Assembly (NCBI GenBank): GCA_010909165.1
Contig: VJWM01000044.1
Location: 1,860,001-1,924,000, forward strand
DNA from: Anthoceros angustus
Lineage: Eukaryota; Plantae; Anthocerotophyta
Length of the DNA: 64,000 bases
Reading direction: 5' to 3'
In this document: one piece after another, positions 1-13,490 of the stretch
How positions within the stretch are numbered: position 1 is the first letter of the stretch
How the letters are laid out: each line of letters opens with the position of its first letter
Translations under genes and position numbers: made by a program
Notes under the pieces: generated by a model
Told to the model about the DNA's origin: nothing
Databases searched by the model: none
What the model saw: only the letters and a program-made list of their open reading frames with translations

Positions 1-947
1 GCTGCACGATTGGACCCTTTCGAAGCGATACTGAACGATCTCTATCCTTTTATGAGAGGATAACCATGGTGAAAACGGGAAAAATCATGGTGGGCAAAGC
101 TTTCTTGTTAAATGCCTGGAGTGTAGGTACATAATAGCTTCTACAGGCGAGTCTTCATTTTATGCACCAGATTTCAGTTGATGCACCTGACAGACGCCAG
201 AATATGGCTAACGGATTGCGATATTCAACTAAAGGCGTGGTGGCGTTGAACATGACATGTGCCCGCAGGTCTAGTCTGATAGTTCCACTCGCTTTTGCTA
301 GCCTGATAATTCCTCTATTCCATACGCTTGCTCCAAACTGCGGAAGTGCCAAGACCCCTTTTCGTTTGTCGACAGAAAGACACTTTTCAATCCATCAAAA
401 TGTTGCGATTTTCGAAAATGAGAATGGAGTCCTGTCATGCACCGGGGTTTTGCGGAATCATATCATGAGACAGCACATACCAGCTTGGCAGTCTGAGATG
501 ACAAGGGATGCACCGATGCATACAATTCAAAGGACATGCAGGCCATACAAGAAACAAGATCGTTCGGACTTCCCACTTTGAAGTCGATCTGCCTCATAAG
601 CTATTCAAAAACTAGGTTGAAGGCTGTTCGCTCAGTACAGCAAGAATAGATAGCTCACAAATAGAACGCCAGGTGCAACATAAAGTCTTTGTCACGGTGC
701 CATTTCCCTGCCAAACAGGACTGAGTGTATGTTCCTTCCTAAGACAAATCGCGAAACCACTCCCAGAGCAAGACTACTGAAATCATGTTCTTGCAAGAAA
801 CTATGAATAAATTTCACTCCACTATACCGGGAATCACAAAACCAGCACCACTGCGATCACAGCAAGACCAAGAGATCTGGAGGCTCGCGAGATCTTGCAC
901 GTTATTCCGCAAATCTCCTCTGAATGGGCATGGGGAGCCCGCAGTGC

Positions 948-1343
948 CTATTTCGCACCACTTCTTTGACATCCGCCAAGGGCGCTGCAGCCCCTGACGT
1001 AGGGCCTGACAGGCCCAGTGGCCGAGCCACAAGACGGAGTATAGTAAGGGCGTCCACTCATGGGAACGCAGATCACCCTGTCCGCACTGAGGGCGCCGTA
1101 GCTCACAAACAGGGCCTGACCTGCCAGCATCCGCCGCGCACTCTCGGACTCCATCAAATCCTCGTCCTCGTCAAAGAAGCTCGAGTCCAACAAGTTGTCG
1201 TTTGCGGAAGGGAACTTGGACAGCCACCCAGCCGCATCACTCTCGAAGGCGGAAGCCGAAGCCTTCTGCACCCCGAAGCTCAGCGCAAGCACGCACACGG
1301 TCAGCAGCATTAAGACCAGTCCTACATGTCTTGTAGAAGCCAT
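948..1343 (-). CDS. RALF: Rapid alkalinization factor (RALF) precursor peptide, intronless
   Basis: Signal peptide (VGLVLMLLTVCVLALSFG), acidic pro-region DEDEDLMESESA, RRML (RRXL S1P site), mature peptide with FVSY (YISY-like), four Cys, GRPYY and PYVRGCS. ATG at 1343 is preferred over the ORF-track start at 1370. Confidence 0.93.
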   Translation of the reverse strand: MASTRHVGLVLMLLTVCVLALSFGVQKASASAFESDAAGWLSKFPSANDNLLDSSFFDEDEDLMESESARRMLAGQALFVSYGALSADRVICVPMSGRPYYTPSCGSATGPVRPYVRGCSALGGCQRSGAK

Positions 1344-1569
1344 TCTTGATCCCCAAACGCTCCAAACCATTCACGAGACGCAAAGTCGGCCGCGGGAGGG
1401 TGCTGTGATCTGTAAGGCAAGAAGGCTTTCGATCGGTTCCTCCCAGATCTGATGACTGTAAATCTTCCTACCAGAGTTACAGCAAAAAGTTAATATATCC
1501 CGGTCCATCCGGTTGTCCAGTTGGACTGCCGTGGTACATGCAGCGGACCGGGGCATATATTAACCGGGA

Positions 1570-2200
1570 CCATTAAGTTGTACATCCTTTTTGGGTGGGC
1601 GTAATGCACAAAGGCATGTTGTTGGCTACGAGTCAATCCCCTTGGCATCTCCATCTCCCACAGCTATCGTTCTAGCTCTACATAGGTCGGTCGTCCCCTA
1701 CGGTTGCTCCCTTCTTTGTCTCTGCCGTGGGTACTTTGTCTACAAGCTTGCAGTTCCTCTGGCTGCGCTCCTCCACCTGTGCCTCGACTGTGGCCACCAG
1801 CTCTTCGTCCGGGAAGGCATCCTCCGATTACAGAAGACTGCCCGGTCTTCGTAAGGACAGAAGTCGATAACTAGTGTTGCCTCACCGGTCTCTACCTCAA
1901 AGGTGAACTCCTGCAGTAACAGGATCCACCTTGCAATCCGTCCTGACAGGTCTCGGAGGACAATAGGGAAGACTACTTCCACCATCATTACCATGGCGAT
2001 CAAAGCCTCAACCTTGCTCATGATTTTTATGTTAGACCCGTACCTCAATGGCAGCTTTATGCGTTTCATTTCCTCAATAACCCATTTCAATTCCTCTCGA
2101 CCCAGGACATATGCGTCATGGGGGCAATGATTGCAAAGTTTCCTACCAAAGTTACAGTGAACAACACAAAAATAACATAGCAAAATAGTATCATATCGCC
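1570..2200 (-). mobile_element. Degenerate TE fragments: Ty3/gypsy RNase H piece next to a probable CACTA transposase piece
   Basis: SGRIARWILLLQEFTFEVE resembles the gypsy RNase H C-terminus; KWVIEEMKRIKLPLRYGSNIK resembles an En/Spm transposase motif. No intact ORF. Confidence 0.5.
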
Positions 2201-4651
2201 TTTGTGGTGTAGTTGGTTATCACGTCCTTCTAACACACTGAAGGTCCCCAGTTTGAGTCTGGGTGAAGTCATGTTGTACTCAAATGTAGTCGGATTTATT
2301 TTTTTCCTCATTTCACTAATTAGAAAAAAATAAATTATTTGTTTCACTTAAGGGCACATGGCACACGCTGATTTGGGAAATGGCTAGGGAAAACCGTGTT
2401 GGGGAGACACATGAAAGGAGGTCCGATCAAGTCAGAACAAAGGATTTGAACAACATCATTTCACATGATAAATGAGGTCCAATAACAAGGACTATGAGTT
2501 ACCATTATGGCATGGGCCATTGAAGCTTCCTATCCGGGCCATTAAATCTTTCTATTCGCGCCATTGAATCTTCTTGGGTATTTAACATGACTCCGTTGTT
2601 GTATTGTTAAACAGAGAGGACCTGTTGTTTGTATTCTCAAAAAGTAATACACACACTCTTCTTTTCTGTGTTGTGCTGGATGTTTGGGGCTTTTATTCAT
2701 GCTTGTAGTTTAGTTTTTAGCTTTTGGATCAATTATATGTGTGTATTTAACTGCTAGCCATTCAAATGGCTTGGGCCAAATGGACACACATTTTTCCATA
2801 AATATTTGCAACCATATTGCCACCATGGAAAATGGACGCGGGTGTCTTGAAGGGGTTACTTTGCATACTTAAATTCTAACACGATAATTTTTGAAGGGGG
2901 GGATATACTGACCCCCTTCGGCCGAGACAACACCCCCTTGTCACGAAGAACACCTGTGGAGTGCCAAATCCGATGTCCGTACTCTTGGCGGCTTGTTTTT
3001 TTTTTCGGTCGTTCGTTAAGAGGATAGGGAGGAGTTAGCCAATAGGCATTGCCGATTGCACTTGCATGCAATCCCTAGACCCTCGTCCGTCCGGGGCGGT
3101 CCCAGGTGGTCCGTCTGGCGAGGTCCGACTTGAGTGGTCCGTCCGGGCGAGGTCCGTGAGTGGTCCGTCTCGAGGTCCGACGGAGTGGTCTGGCCCGGGC
3201 GAGGTCCGATGGTGGTCTGGCCCGCGAGGTCTGGCGAGGTCTGGTCGGCAGGTCTGGCCGAGGGTCTGCCCGGCAGGTCTGGACGGAGTGGTCTGCTCCG
3301 GGCAGGTACGAGGGTCTGTCGCCGCGAGGGTCCGTCGGCGGATGAGGTCTGCCCGCGAGGTCTGGCCGGAGTGGTCCGAGCGGAGGGTCTGCTCGCCAAG
3401 TCTGACCGAGTGGTTCGCCGGTGGTTTAGTTTGGTGGGTATCGCTTCGCATGGACGCAAGCGGCGGTGGTGCAAGAAGTAAGTCGCAGCGATGAGCTACG
3501 CCCCATGCATACACGTTTGTATATACATAGGCGCGTGGTTAGGATACATAGGCGAAGTTAGGGTATGGGAGTATAGGAAGGCCCGCGCCCAAGACGGCAG
3601 ACTATCCCGTACCATCTTCGGCGCTGTGTTTGCCTTAGGAGCGGAGTGAGTTTCTGCCACCGTGCGTGATTAATTGGTGGTAGAGGATGTGTTTAGAGCT
3701 CGTGACGAGCTCCGCCAACACGCTTGATGGGTGCATCGGCCGGACTCGAGCTGTGGAGGTGCTCATGGGTGATTTCTAAAAGTAGACTAACCTTGAGGTC
3801 TGGAACGGAGGTTGGGGATGCAGCGAAGCCACTTCTCCAACGTGAAGCGAGGGGATTAGGAGGCGCTGGGGGCGATCTGGAAGCCATCCTTGGAGGCCGG
3901 AACGGAGGTCGGGGATGCAGTCGCAAGCCACTTCTCGCAGTAACGAAGCTGGGAGGGGATTAGGAGGCGCTTGGGGCGACTGGCGGAAGCCATCCTTGGA
4001 GGCTGGAGCGGAGGTGGGGGATGGGTGAAGCCACTTCTCCAGCAGCGTGAAGCGGTAGGAGGGATTAGGAGGCGCTTGGGGTGACTGTGGGCGGAAGCCA
4101 TCCTTGGAGGCTCTGGAGCGGAGGGTGGGGATGCTGAAGCCACTTCTCCATGAGCGTGAAGCGGTAGGAGATTAGGCTTGGGGTGACTGGCGGAAGCCAT
4201 CCTTGCTGGAGCATTGCGGCAAAGCTACTTCTCATGAGCGTGAAGCGGTAGGAAGGCAAAGGCTGGTGTGAATACATCGGCGTGTTGGTGTTGTGACTAC
4301 TAGGCGGGAATGGATAAGGGAGAAGGGTCGTGTTCTGGCGTGTGTGTTGAGGTGGAGTTGTGGCGGACGAGTTGAGGAGGCGCTGAGTCGTGGGCAGCGA
4401 AGGGCAGCGTCGTTAAACTGTTCGTAGTCTTGGAGAAATCGGGGGGTTTGTGGGAAGGTCCGGTGGCTGGCGCTGGTCAAGCGAGTTGTGGAGGGCACAC
4501 ACTTAGGGTTGTAGCCGGACCCAACTGATGAAGTCCGTTCGGTGATGTAGAGCTCGAGCGAGAATAAGCACGAGACCATTCCCTTGGGAGCGGACTCCTT
4601 CCTACAACGACGGGATTATGTGGCCGGTGGCCATCGGTAAGTCGCGCCACA

Positions 4652-4670
4652 TTTTTGCCGTTGCGGGGAA
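4652..4670 (+). promoter_or_regulatory. Primer-binding site (degenerate tRNA-Asp type) of family A
   Basis: TTTTTGCCGTTGCGGGGAA directly follows the LTR end; resembles the Athila-type PBS TGGCGCCGTTGCCGGGGA. Confidence 0.7.
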
Positions 4671-5020
4671 TAGTATTGTGTGGTACTGAGTTAGTAGGTA
4701 GGAGTAGGACGGCCGCCAGATTGCGGGCGGATGGGTGTAATGGTCGGGCGGTTTGTGGAGTATCTGATAGGGAGGATGCAGGACCGGACGAGGGTGCGAA
4801 TCTAGCGGGAGGCCCGGCATGCTCAAAGGGAGAAAGAAGATGGGCACGGCGGGAGGGCGACACATCAACCTCGGAGGAGGAGGACTCATCCTCAGCGGAG
4901 GATGAATCTTGGTAAAAGGTTCCCAATGTTGCGGACTTGCGACACGAGGAGGTAGTAAAAGATGAGAAGGGAGAGTCCGTGGAAAGGCGGAGTATTGCAC
5001 AGGGTGTTGGCGAGGCCAGC

Positions 5021-5035
5021 AGATGAGAAGGAGTA
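5021..5035 (+). promoter_or_regulatory. Polypurine tract of family A
   Basis: AGATGAGAAGGAGTA immediately precedes TGTGG of LTR2; the same motif precedes LTR3. Confidence 0.75.
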
Positions 5036-8000
5036 TGTGGAGTGCCAAATCCGATGTCCAGTACTCTTGGCGGCTTGTTTTGCTTTTTTGGTCGTTCTTG
5101 TTAAGAGGGATAGGGAGGAGTTAGCCAATAAGGCCATTTTCGGCGGATTGCACTACGTGCAATCCCTAGACCCTCGTCCGTCGGCGGTCTGAGTCCGTCA
5201 GGCGGGTCCAGTGGTCCGTCGGGCGAGTCCGGAGGTGGTCCGTCCGGGCGGTCCGGCGGAGTGGTCGTCCGGGCGAGGTCCGGCGGTGGTCCGTCCGGCG
5301 GTCCGGCGGTGGTCCGTCAGGCGGTCAGGCGGAGTGGTCCGTCGGGCGAGTCCGGCGGTGGTCCGTCGGCGAGGTCGGCAGTGGTCGTCCGGCGAGGTCG
5401 ACGAGTGGTCCGTCCGGCGGTCAGCCGGAGGGTCCGTCCGGGCGAGGTGCAGTGTCCGTCAGGAGGTCGGAGTGGTCGTCGGCGGTCCGGCCCGGTGGTG
5501 CGGCGGGTGGTTTAGTTTGGTGGGCATCGCTGGCATGGATCTCTTTGGCGAGGCGGTGGTGCAAAGTCCGGTATGAGCTACGTCCGTGATTACCACGACC
5601 AGTTAGGGTACATACATAGCGGTTAGGATACATACATAGTTAGGTTGGGGTATGGGAGTATATAGGAAGGCTGGCGTCCAAGGCGGAGACTATCCGGTAC
5701 CATCTTGGCGCTCCGTGCTCTTGCCTTGGTGCTCGAGGCGGAGTGAGTTCTGCGTCACCGTCACGGGATTAATTGGTGGTAGAGGATGTGTTTAGAGCTC
5801 GGTGGCGAGCTCCGCCAACACGCTTGATGGGTGCGGCCGGGGTCGGACTGAGCTCGGAGGTGCTCATGGTGATTTCTCGGGTGCGAGACTAACCTTGGAG
5901 GCTGCTTGGAGCGGAGGCGTGGGGATGCAGTGCTGAGCCACTTCTCCATGAGCGTGAAGCGGTAGGAGGGATTAGGGCGCTTGGGGCGACTCGGAAGCCA
6001 TCCTGAGGCCTGAACGGAGGTCATGGGGATGCAGTCGCCACTTCTCCAGTAACGGAAGCAATGGGAGGGGATTAGGAGGCGCTGGGGCGACTGGGCGGAA
6101 GCCATCCTTGAGGCCTGAACGGAGGTCGGGGATGCAGTGCGAAGCCACTTCTCCGTAACGTGAAGCAGGAGGAGATTGGCTTTGGGGTGACTGGCGGAAG
6201 CCATCCTTGAGGCCGAACGGAGGTCGTGGGGTTGCAGGCCGCAAAGCTTACTCCAGAACGTGAAGCAGAAGGCAAGGCGGCTGTGAATACATCGGCGTGT
6301 TGGTGTTGTGACTACTACCGGGAATGGATAAGGGAGAAGGGTCGGTTAAGCTGGCGTGTTGAGGTGGAGTTGTGGCCGGACAGAGTTGAGAGGAGCTGGG
6401 CTAGAGTACGTGACCGATCGGGAACGCGGCTAAACCCGCTCCTAGTACCGAGGAATCCGGGTTTGTGGAAGGTCCTGGTCGCGCTACCGGTCCGACGAGT
6501 TGTGGAGGGCACACACTTAGGGTTGTGAGTCACGGACCCAACTCGATGAAGTCCGCTCAGCGAGCAGTCAGAGCTCGTGCAGACATTAAGACCATTCCTT
6601 GGGAACGACCTTCCTACAACGACACGGATTGTGCGGCTACCGCCCATCGAAAAGTCGCGCCACATTTTGGCTGCTGGAATGGTATTGTTGTGGACCGCCC
6701 GAGTTAGTAGGTAGGAGTAGGACGGCCGCCAGATTGCGGGCGGGATGGGTGTAGGCCCAGCAGTGGAGTATATGAAGTAGAGAGGATGCACAGGACCTCA
6801 CGAGGGTGCGAATCTAGCGGGAGGCCCAAAGATGCTCAAAGGGAGAAAGAAGATGGGCACGGCCTGGGAGGACCATACATCAACCTGAGGAGGAGGGCGA
6901 CTCATCCTCACAAAGGATGAATCTGCAAAAAAAGGTTCCCAATGTTGCCTAAGCCGACACCGAGGAGGTAGTAAAAGATGAGAAGGGAGAGTCCGACCTG
7001 AAAGAGCGGAGTACACTGGGGTGTTGGCGAGGCCGCCAATGATGAGAAGGAGGAGTATGGAGTGCCAAACTGGCGTCCGCATTTTGGCGCTTGTTTTGCT
7101 TTTTTTTCGTCACATCATAAGAGGGATAGGGAGGAGTTAGCCAATAAGGCTATTGCCGATTGCACTTACAGGCAATCCTAGACTCCTGGTCCGTCTCGGG
7201 AGGTCCGACGAGTGGTCTGCCGGCGAGGTCTGGATGGAGGGTCTGCCCGGGCGAGGTAACGGAGTGGTCTGCCTGCGAGGTCTGGACGTGGGTCTGCCCG
7301 GGCGAGGTCGATGGAGGGTCTGCCCGCGAGGTCTGACGGAGTGGTCTGCCCGGTAGGTCTGGATGGGTCTGCCCGGCGAGGATGAGTGGTCTGCCCGGCG
7401 TAGGTCTGATGGTGGTCTGCCCGTAGGTTCGATGAGGGTCTGCCCGGCGAGGTCTGGGTAGGGGGGTCCGCCCGGGCGAGGTCCGGCGAGTGGTCCGTCT
7501 CGAGTGGTCCCGGAGGGTCCGGCCCCGCGAAGTCCGACCGAGTGGTCTCGCCGGTGGTTTAGTTTGGTGGGCATCGGCATGGATCTACTGCTTTGGCGAA
7601 GCAACAAGAAGTCCGGATGAGCTACCCGGCATTACGACCGTGTTAGGTACATACATAGCGGTTAGGATACATACATAGGGTTAGGTTAGGGTATGGGAGT
7701 ATATAGGAAGGCTCGCCCAAGACGGCAGACTATCCTACCATCTTCAAGGCCCGCAGTTTTGCCTTCCGTGGCTCGAGGGGAGTTTCGGCCACACCGCAGG
7801 ATTAATTGGTGGTAGAGGGATGTGTTTAGAGCTCGTGACGAGCCCGCCAACACGCTTGATGGGTGCCCGGACTGAGCTCGGAGGTGCTCGCGGGTGATTT
7901 CCTAGACTAACCTGGAGGCTGAACGGAGGTCGGGGATGCAGTGCGAAGCCGCCTCGCGCGTAACGGAAGGCCGTGAGGGGATTAGGAGGCGCTGGGGCGA

Positions 8001-9439
8001 CTGGGCGGAAGCCATCCTGAGGCCGGAACGGAGGTCGTGGGGATGCAGTCGAAGCCACTTCTGCAACGGAAGTGAGGGGATTGAGGGCGACTAATTGGGC
8101 GGAAGCCATCCTTGAGGCCGGAACGGAGGTCAGTGGGGATGCAGTGCTGAAGCCACCTCCGAACGCGTACCGAGGAGATTGGGAGGCGCTGGGGTGATTC
8201 TGAAGCCATCCGGAGGTCAATCTGAAATGGGGTTGTCGCAAAGCTACTTCTCGTAACGTGAAGTGCCCAAAGGGGCAAAGGCGGCCGGTGTGAATACATC
8301 GCGTGTTGGTGTTGTGACTTCTAGCCGGAATGGATAAGAGAAGGGTCGTGTTACGTGTGTGTTGAGGTGGAGTTGTGGCGGGAGTTGAGGGAGGGAGGCT
8401 AGAGCGTGGGAGCGAAGGGCAGCGTCGTTAAACTGTTCGAGTAATCTTGGAGAAACCGAGGCGGGTTTGTGGGAAGGTCAGGGTGGGCTGCCGTCAACGA
8501 GTTGTGGAGGGCACACACTTAGGGTTGTGGAGCCGCCGGACCCAACGATGAAGTCCGTTCAGCGATAGTAGAGCTCGGGCGAGAATAAGCAGACCATTCC
8601 CTTGAGGAACGGACTCCTTCCTACACGACACGGATTGTGGCGCGTACGTCCATCAAAAGTCGCCACAACACTTACCTAGAGACATATGTGCCCTACTTTG
8701 ATAATGCACACACCCTTTACGAGGTCATATCTTTGATAAAGATGCACTTTCAAGTCTACACCCGGAGCACGTGAGGGTGTGGGCCCGTTGCGTTTAGTAG
8801 AATGCATAGAGGGCTGCCATTTTCATATGTTTATTACAAGAAAACTTTTACTTTCAAGTGGTGGAACACAATGAAAACAATCTGTACTAGCGAGTCTCAT
8901 TTAAGTGGTGAGAACATTGCAACAAACAATCAAGGAGGAAGTGGTCATCGGCATCGACAATAGCCATTCAAGAGTGCGGCTGGCGACTCATCCATGCCTT
9001 GCGGGCGGAGTCAAGTACCACCGCCATATTCGAGGCGGTCCATATCCTCCTCACCTCAGTTGTCGTTCTCCTCCATTGCTTGCTCGTCTTCAATAGTATC
9101 ATTCTTGGGCCCGGTCAGCGGTGTCGCGCCACCGGACATCTAGGGTCGACCCTCATCCAAAAGGTCGCGATCGTGGTCTTCAACCTTCGGCACTCAATGC
9201 AACCACTTGGGCTTTAAGGCAATGCCAACGTCCTTAAAATGAACAAAGTTAGTTGCCCATGCGCCCATGCAAGCATCCTTAAAATCAACAAAATTGAATT
9301 GTTGAGGAGGCACGAGGTTTGAACAAACCCACCTATTCATTACTACACTTATTTCCCAAACACTAGACCAACAATCCATGGTTGAACCTTGAGGCGCTAA
9401 ATATTTATTTTCTGAAGACAGCCTAGGAGGGCAGGGGTG

Positions 9440-9690
9440 GGTGGTGTGTTAGGGGAGGGCGCCCCGGCCGCCCATGGGCAAGGCATGGCGGTTGGAGGCC
9501 GGCCACGGCGCCCATGGGCGTGGTGTTAGGGGAGGGCGCACGCCCATGGGCAGGTTAGAGGAGGCCACGCCCATGTGGTGGTGTTAGGGAGCGCCGGCCG
9601 CCATGCAAGGGGCGCCGCCACCGCCCATGGGCAGGTGTGTTAGGGGAGGGCCGGCCCATGAGCAGATGTTGGGAGGGCGCCGGCCGCCTC
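9440..9690. repeat. GC-rich degenerate minisatellite (~35-45 bp unit)
   Basis: Recurring GCCCATGGGC..GTGTTAGGGGAGGGCGCC..GGCC units. Confidence 0.7.
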
Positions 9691-11199
9691 CCTTAGCACC
9701 ATCCTACGGTGCATACGGTGAAGCTAGGGGGGACAAGAAGGAACAGTATCCTATCACCGATGGAAGGTGTGGCCCATTTGCGTGAAGGGTTAAAAGATTT
9801 GCGCCCATAGGTGACCTGAAGAGTATAAGTGGTGGGAAGCCTTTTGGACCGGAAGGAGATTGCTATCATTGTGAGAATAACATTGGGCTAGTGCTACGTC
9901 CTTGGAAGTGGTTTTCACGTGCGAAGTGGATCATACCGACCACTTCAAGTGCGATGAAGCTTTGCTAGATGAGGCATTATTGAGGGACCTCCCACATGAT
10001 ATGTATTTGGGGCATATCAAAATGCGGAAGGCAACGTGGAAATGGCACGATGAATGGGGACATAACGGAACCGAGAGGGATGCCGGCTGCAATACGGACA
10101 CGCATAAGTGCCATTCGGATTGGGAGGTCATTGACGTGAAGCTAAACGCACCACGACCTCACTTTCTTATCCACTAGTATCGGACCGAGCACATAGATGC
10201 GTATGAAGGAGATATGTGCAGAACATAGTCCGCCAGAGTGGTAACCCATCCGTCCAATGCCGAGGAAAAAGGGAATAAGATCCATTACCTAAAAACATAC
10301 AGGAGGTATTTGTGAATGAAACATATCCCAGACATGGGTTTGTGTTGAACGACGGAAACATCCGTATGGACAAAAAGCGATAAGGGATAAGCTCAAAGTT
10401 GCGTGGTTTCATACAACCCGCGAGTGAAAGTGTCACAAGATAGTGATGACAATGGAGGAGAAGCGGACCAAGTGATGACGATGGATTGAACTCGGGATGA
10501 GTGAAATCAAATCTCGCTTTTTCCCGGGTCCCAGTTAATGTTGTAAGTCCTGTCGATGTTTCGTGTTAGGAAATACCGTCTGTGGCTTTTGTGGTGTCAT
10601 AACAAAACCACATTTCCATCCCAAAACTGAGTTTACAATGCTCCCGGCAGAACGGCCTTCCTCACCGCTCCTACTTTGCATCATTCCCTAGGTTCGAGCC
10701 ACCACCATTCGACACAAACATTCTTTGGATGGAAAGTAGTAACTTTATCCGGTGACACCTTTTTTCGAGTGCTTTTCCGAATGCCTTCAAAACTGCTTTA
10801 GGGCCCATCAAAACCCCTTCGTAGATTATTTATGAAAACCCCTTCAGATTATTCACCCCTTCAAAATTATCGGTTGCTTTTTAGCATATCATGCTGGTTA
10901 CACATGCCTAAAATAACGTCCAAAACTGTTAGGAGGAGTATGTAATATATCTAAAATAGAATATTAAATATGTATACCATACAAGAAGAATATAAGAATT
11001 CAACTTGGACGAATTTCCGTCTTGAGACTTGGTACTTAACAACTTGTACCATGGAATGCCTAAGCTACTTGCAACAAGGACATCCACTCCCTGGAATGAA
11101 CATCTACATTCAAATTTATTATTGTAGTGTGGAAGATTATTTTATCCCAACTCTTTTTCTTCCGCCTAACGACGTTAGGGGGGGCCGAGAGACACTTTG

Positions 11200-11446
11200 A
11201 GTATCACCCTCTTTTTAGCGAGGTGGGGCAGTGTCTAGAGGAGAGTTGTGAGGGGAGAAAGTTATGTACCTAGCTTAGGCATTCTTGTTAACTCTTGTTG
11301 AAGTAAGGAGCGGCAACAGAGGTGCTGACTGCGAGTCATCCCATGGAAGGATGGCAGGCTACTTAGAGGCCTAGTGCTCGTGTCTTTGTGGTCTTTTTGC
11401 TTCTAACTGCGTGCCTGCCCCACCTCATTGGAAAGGGGGTGTTACT
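11200..11446 (+). repeat. 5' LTR of family C (~247 bp, 32-bp imperfect terminal inverted repeats)
   Basis: AGTATCACCCTCTTTTTAGCGAGGTGGGGCAG ... CTGCCCCACCTCATTGGAAAGGGGGTGTTACT (26/32 inverted match), followed by TG+TGGTAT (first half of PBS). Confidence 0.8.
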
Positions 11447-13490
11447 TGTGGTATCCCTACTAGAAATGCCTGCTTATGTTACACTTTATGTTAAGATTTG
11501 GACCCTCGATGTAACACTATGTTGCAATTTTGGGCTATGTAACACTTTTGGGCCCTTTGTTACACTTTGGCTTGGAAACCGACTGCTTTTGTTGCAATCA
11601 TGTTGGTAATTATGTTGAGATGAGGTGAGAAATTGCTTTGTCCCTCTCAAAGTTCGATTTGAGATATAAAGTGTTACAAGAAAAGTCTTGTAACTTCCTT
11701 TTATAGGCTTGCACCGAACCTCCTCCTCAAAAATCTACCATTCTCTTTTACTTTTGTCCTATGGAATACCACGGTTTTACATAGATTGTTACCATCGTAT
11801 ACATCCATCAATGCCACCACACATAAATATCCAGGCTATTCAATACGTTCTTTGTACTATACGGTATCAGGTTTATAGTGGATATATATGGCTATCGATT
11901 TTCAATGATATGTATTCATATTATATTTTGTATGTAATAAATATATATGTTACATAATTTGGTTACGTATGTATGTCGGGTATGCGTGGCATTTATTATA
12001 TAGTACTTTATTACACTTTAACGGGGAGTTAGGCAAATCGCAAGTACATCTTTATGCCCCAAATTTCTTGAAGTTGAGGTGGAAATAAGACCAAGCAAAG
12101 TTGTTAAGATGGTGAGAGAAGGTGGAGAAGAAAATCACTCGAGAACTTAACAGTGTCTCCGACAAACTTAATGCTAAGCTCTTAATGGTGAGGTGAAAGG
12201 TCGAGAGACCACTTGTATGTTGTTAAGATGGTGAGAAGGTGGAGAAGAAAATCATAAACTTAACACCAAGCCAACTAACTTAATGCGTGCTTGCAAATGG
12301 AACACAGTGTTACATGAAATTATATGACAAAAGCCCGTGGACTGAAGTGGAGGTGGGGCATGCGGTAAACCTTGAGACCGTAACCTTGCGAGAGAAAGAG
12401 CGTGTACTTAGCGAGGTGGGGCGGTTCAGAGGAGAGTTGTGAGGGGAGAAAGTTATGTACCTAGCTTAGGCATTCTTGTTAACTCTGTTGTAAGGAGCGG
12501 CAACAGAGGCTGATCATGAGTCATCCCATGGAAGGATGGCAGGCTACTTAGAGGCCTAGTGCTCGTGTCTTTGTGGTCTTTTTGCTTCTAACTGCGTGCC
12601 TGCCCCACCTCATTGGAAAGGGGGTGTTACTTGTGGTATCCCTACTAGAAATGCCTGCTTATGTTACACTTTATGTTAAGATTTGGACCCCTGGATGTAA
12701 CACTCATGTTGCAATTTTGGGGCTATGTAACACTTTTTGGGCCCCTTGTTACACTTTGGCTTGGAAACCAGACCAGTGCTTTTGTTGCAATCATGTTGCA
12801 ATTATGTTGAGATGAGGTGAGAGGTGCTTTTGTCCTCTCTCAAGATTGCAACATATAAAGTGTTACAAGAAAAGTCTTGTAACACTTTTATAGGCTTGGT
12901 ACCGAACCTCCTCCTCATCTACCATTCTCTTTTTACTTTTGTCCTATGGAATACCAAGTTTTACATAGTTGTTACTACTGATACATCCATCAATACCACC
13001 ACACATAAATATCCGTATCAATACGTTCTTTGTACTATACGTGTATCATTTATAGTGATATATATGGTATCGTATTTTCAATGATATATGTTCATATTAT
13101 ATTTTGTATGTAATAAATATGTATGTTATACGAGTTACGTATGTATGCTGGTATGTACATGTTTATTATATGGTACTTTGTATTTACTATTTGTGCAAAT
13201 CTCGACGCATCTTTATGCCCCAAATTTCTAGCACAACAGTGAGGTGAAAGGAGAGACCAGAAGCAGGTTGTTAAGATGGTGAGAGAAGGTGGAGAAGAAA
13301 ATCACAAACTTAACACCAAGCCAACAAACTTAATGCTAAGCTCTTAATGGTGAGGTGAAAGGTCGAGAGACCACTTGCATGTTGTTAAGATGGTGAGAGA
13401 AGGTGGAGAAGAAAATCATAAACTTAACACCAAGCCAACTAACTTAATGCGTGTTGCAAATGGAAAGTGTTACATGAAATTGTAACAAAG
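11216..13490 (+). repeat. Tandem direct duplication (~1.19 kb period) of the family C LTR plus most of the CACTA-like element
   Basis: Same ORF start MVFLLLTACLPHLIGKG at 11388 and 12573; copies differ mostly by small indels. Confidence 0.85.

Larger units (their letters stand above)
2955..8667 (+). mobile_element. Non-autonomous LTR retrotransposon in tandem LTR-int-LTR-int-LTR form (family A)
   Basis: Three ~1.6-1.7 kb direct repeats (2955-4651, 5036-6664, ~7058-8667) with TGTGG...CCACA termini. Two ~390-bp spacers each start with a PBS-like and end with a PPT-like tract. Flanks are ACACC (2950-2954) and ACACT (8668-8672). Confidence 0.85.

Noticed and set aside
3016-8299. Many overlapping Pro/Arg/Gly-rich ORFs
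   Set aside because: By-products of GC-rich LTR subrepeats; frames are not conserved among the three LTR copies.
8700-11190. Probable decayed TE sequence
   Set aside because: No termini, TSD or domain could be assigned with confidence.
11200-11446. Stand-alone MITE
   Set aside because: It is followed by a PBS and gag, and its TSD pairs with the distant copy at 45717, so it is an LTR.
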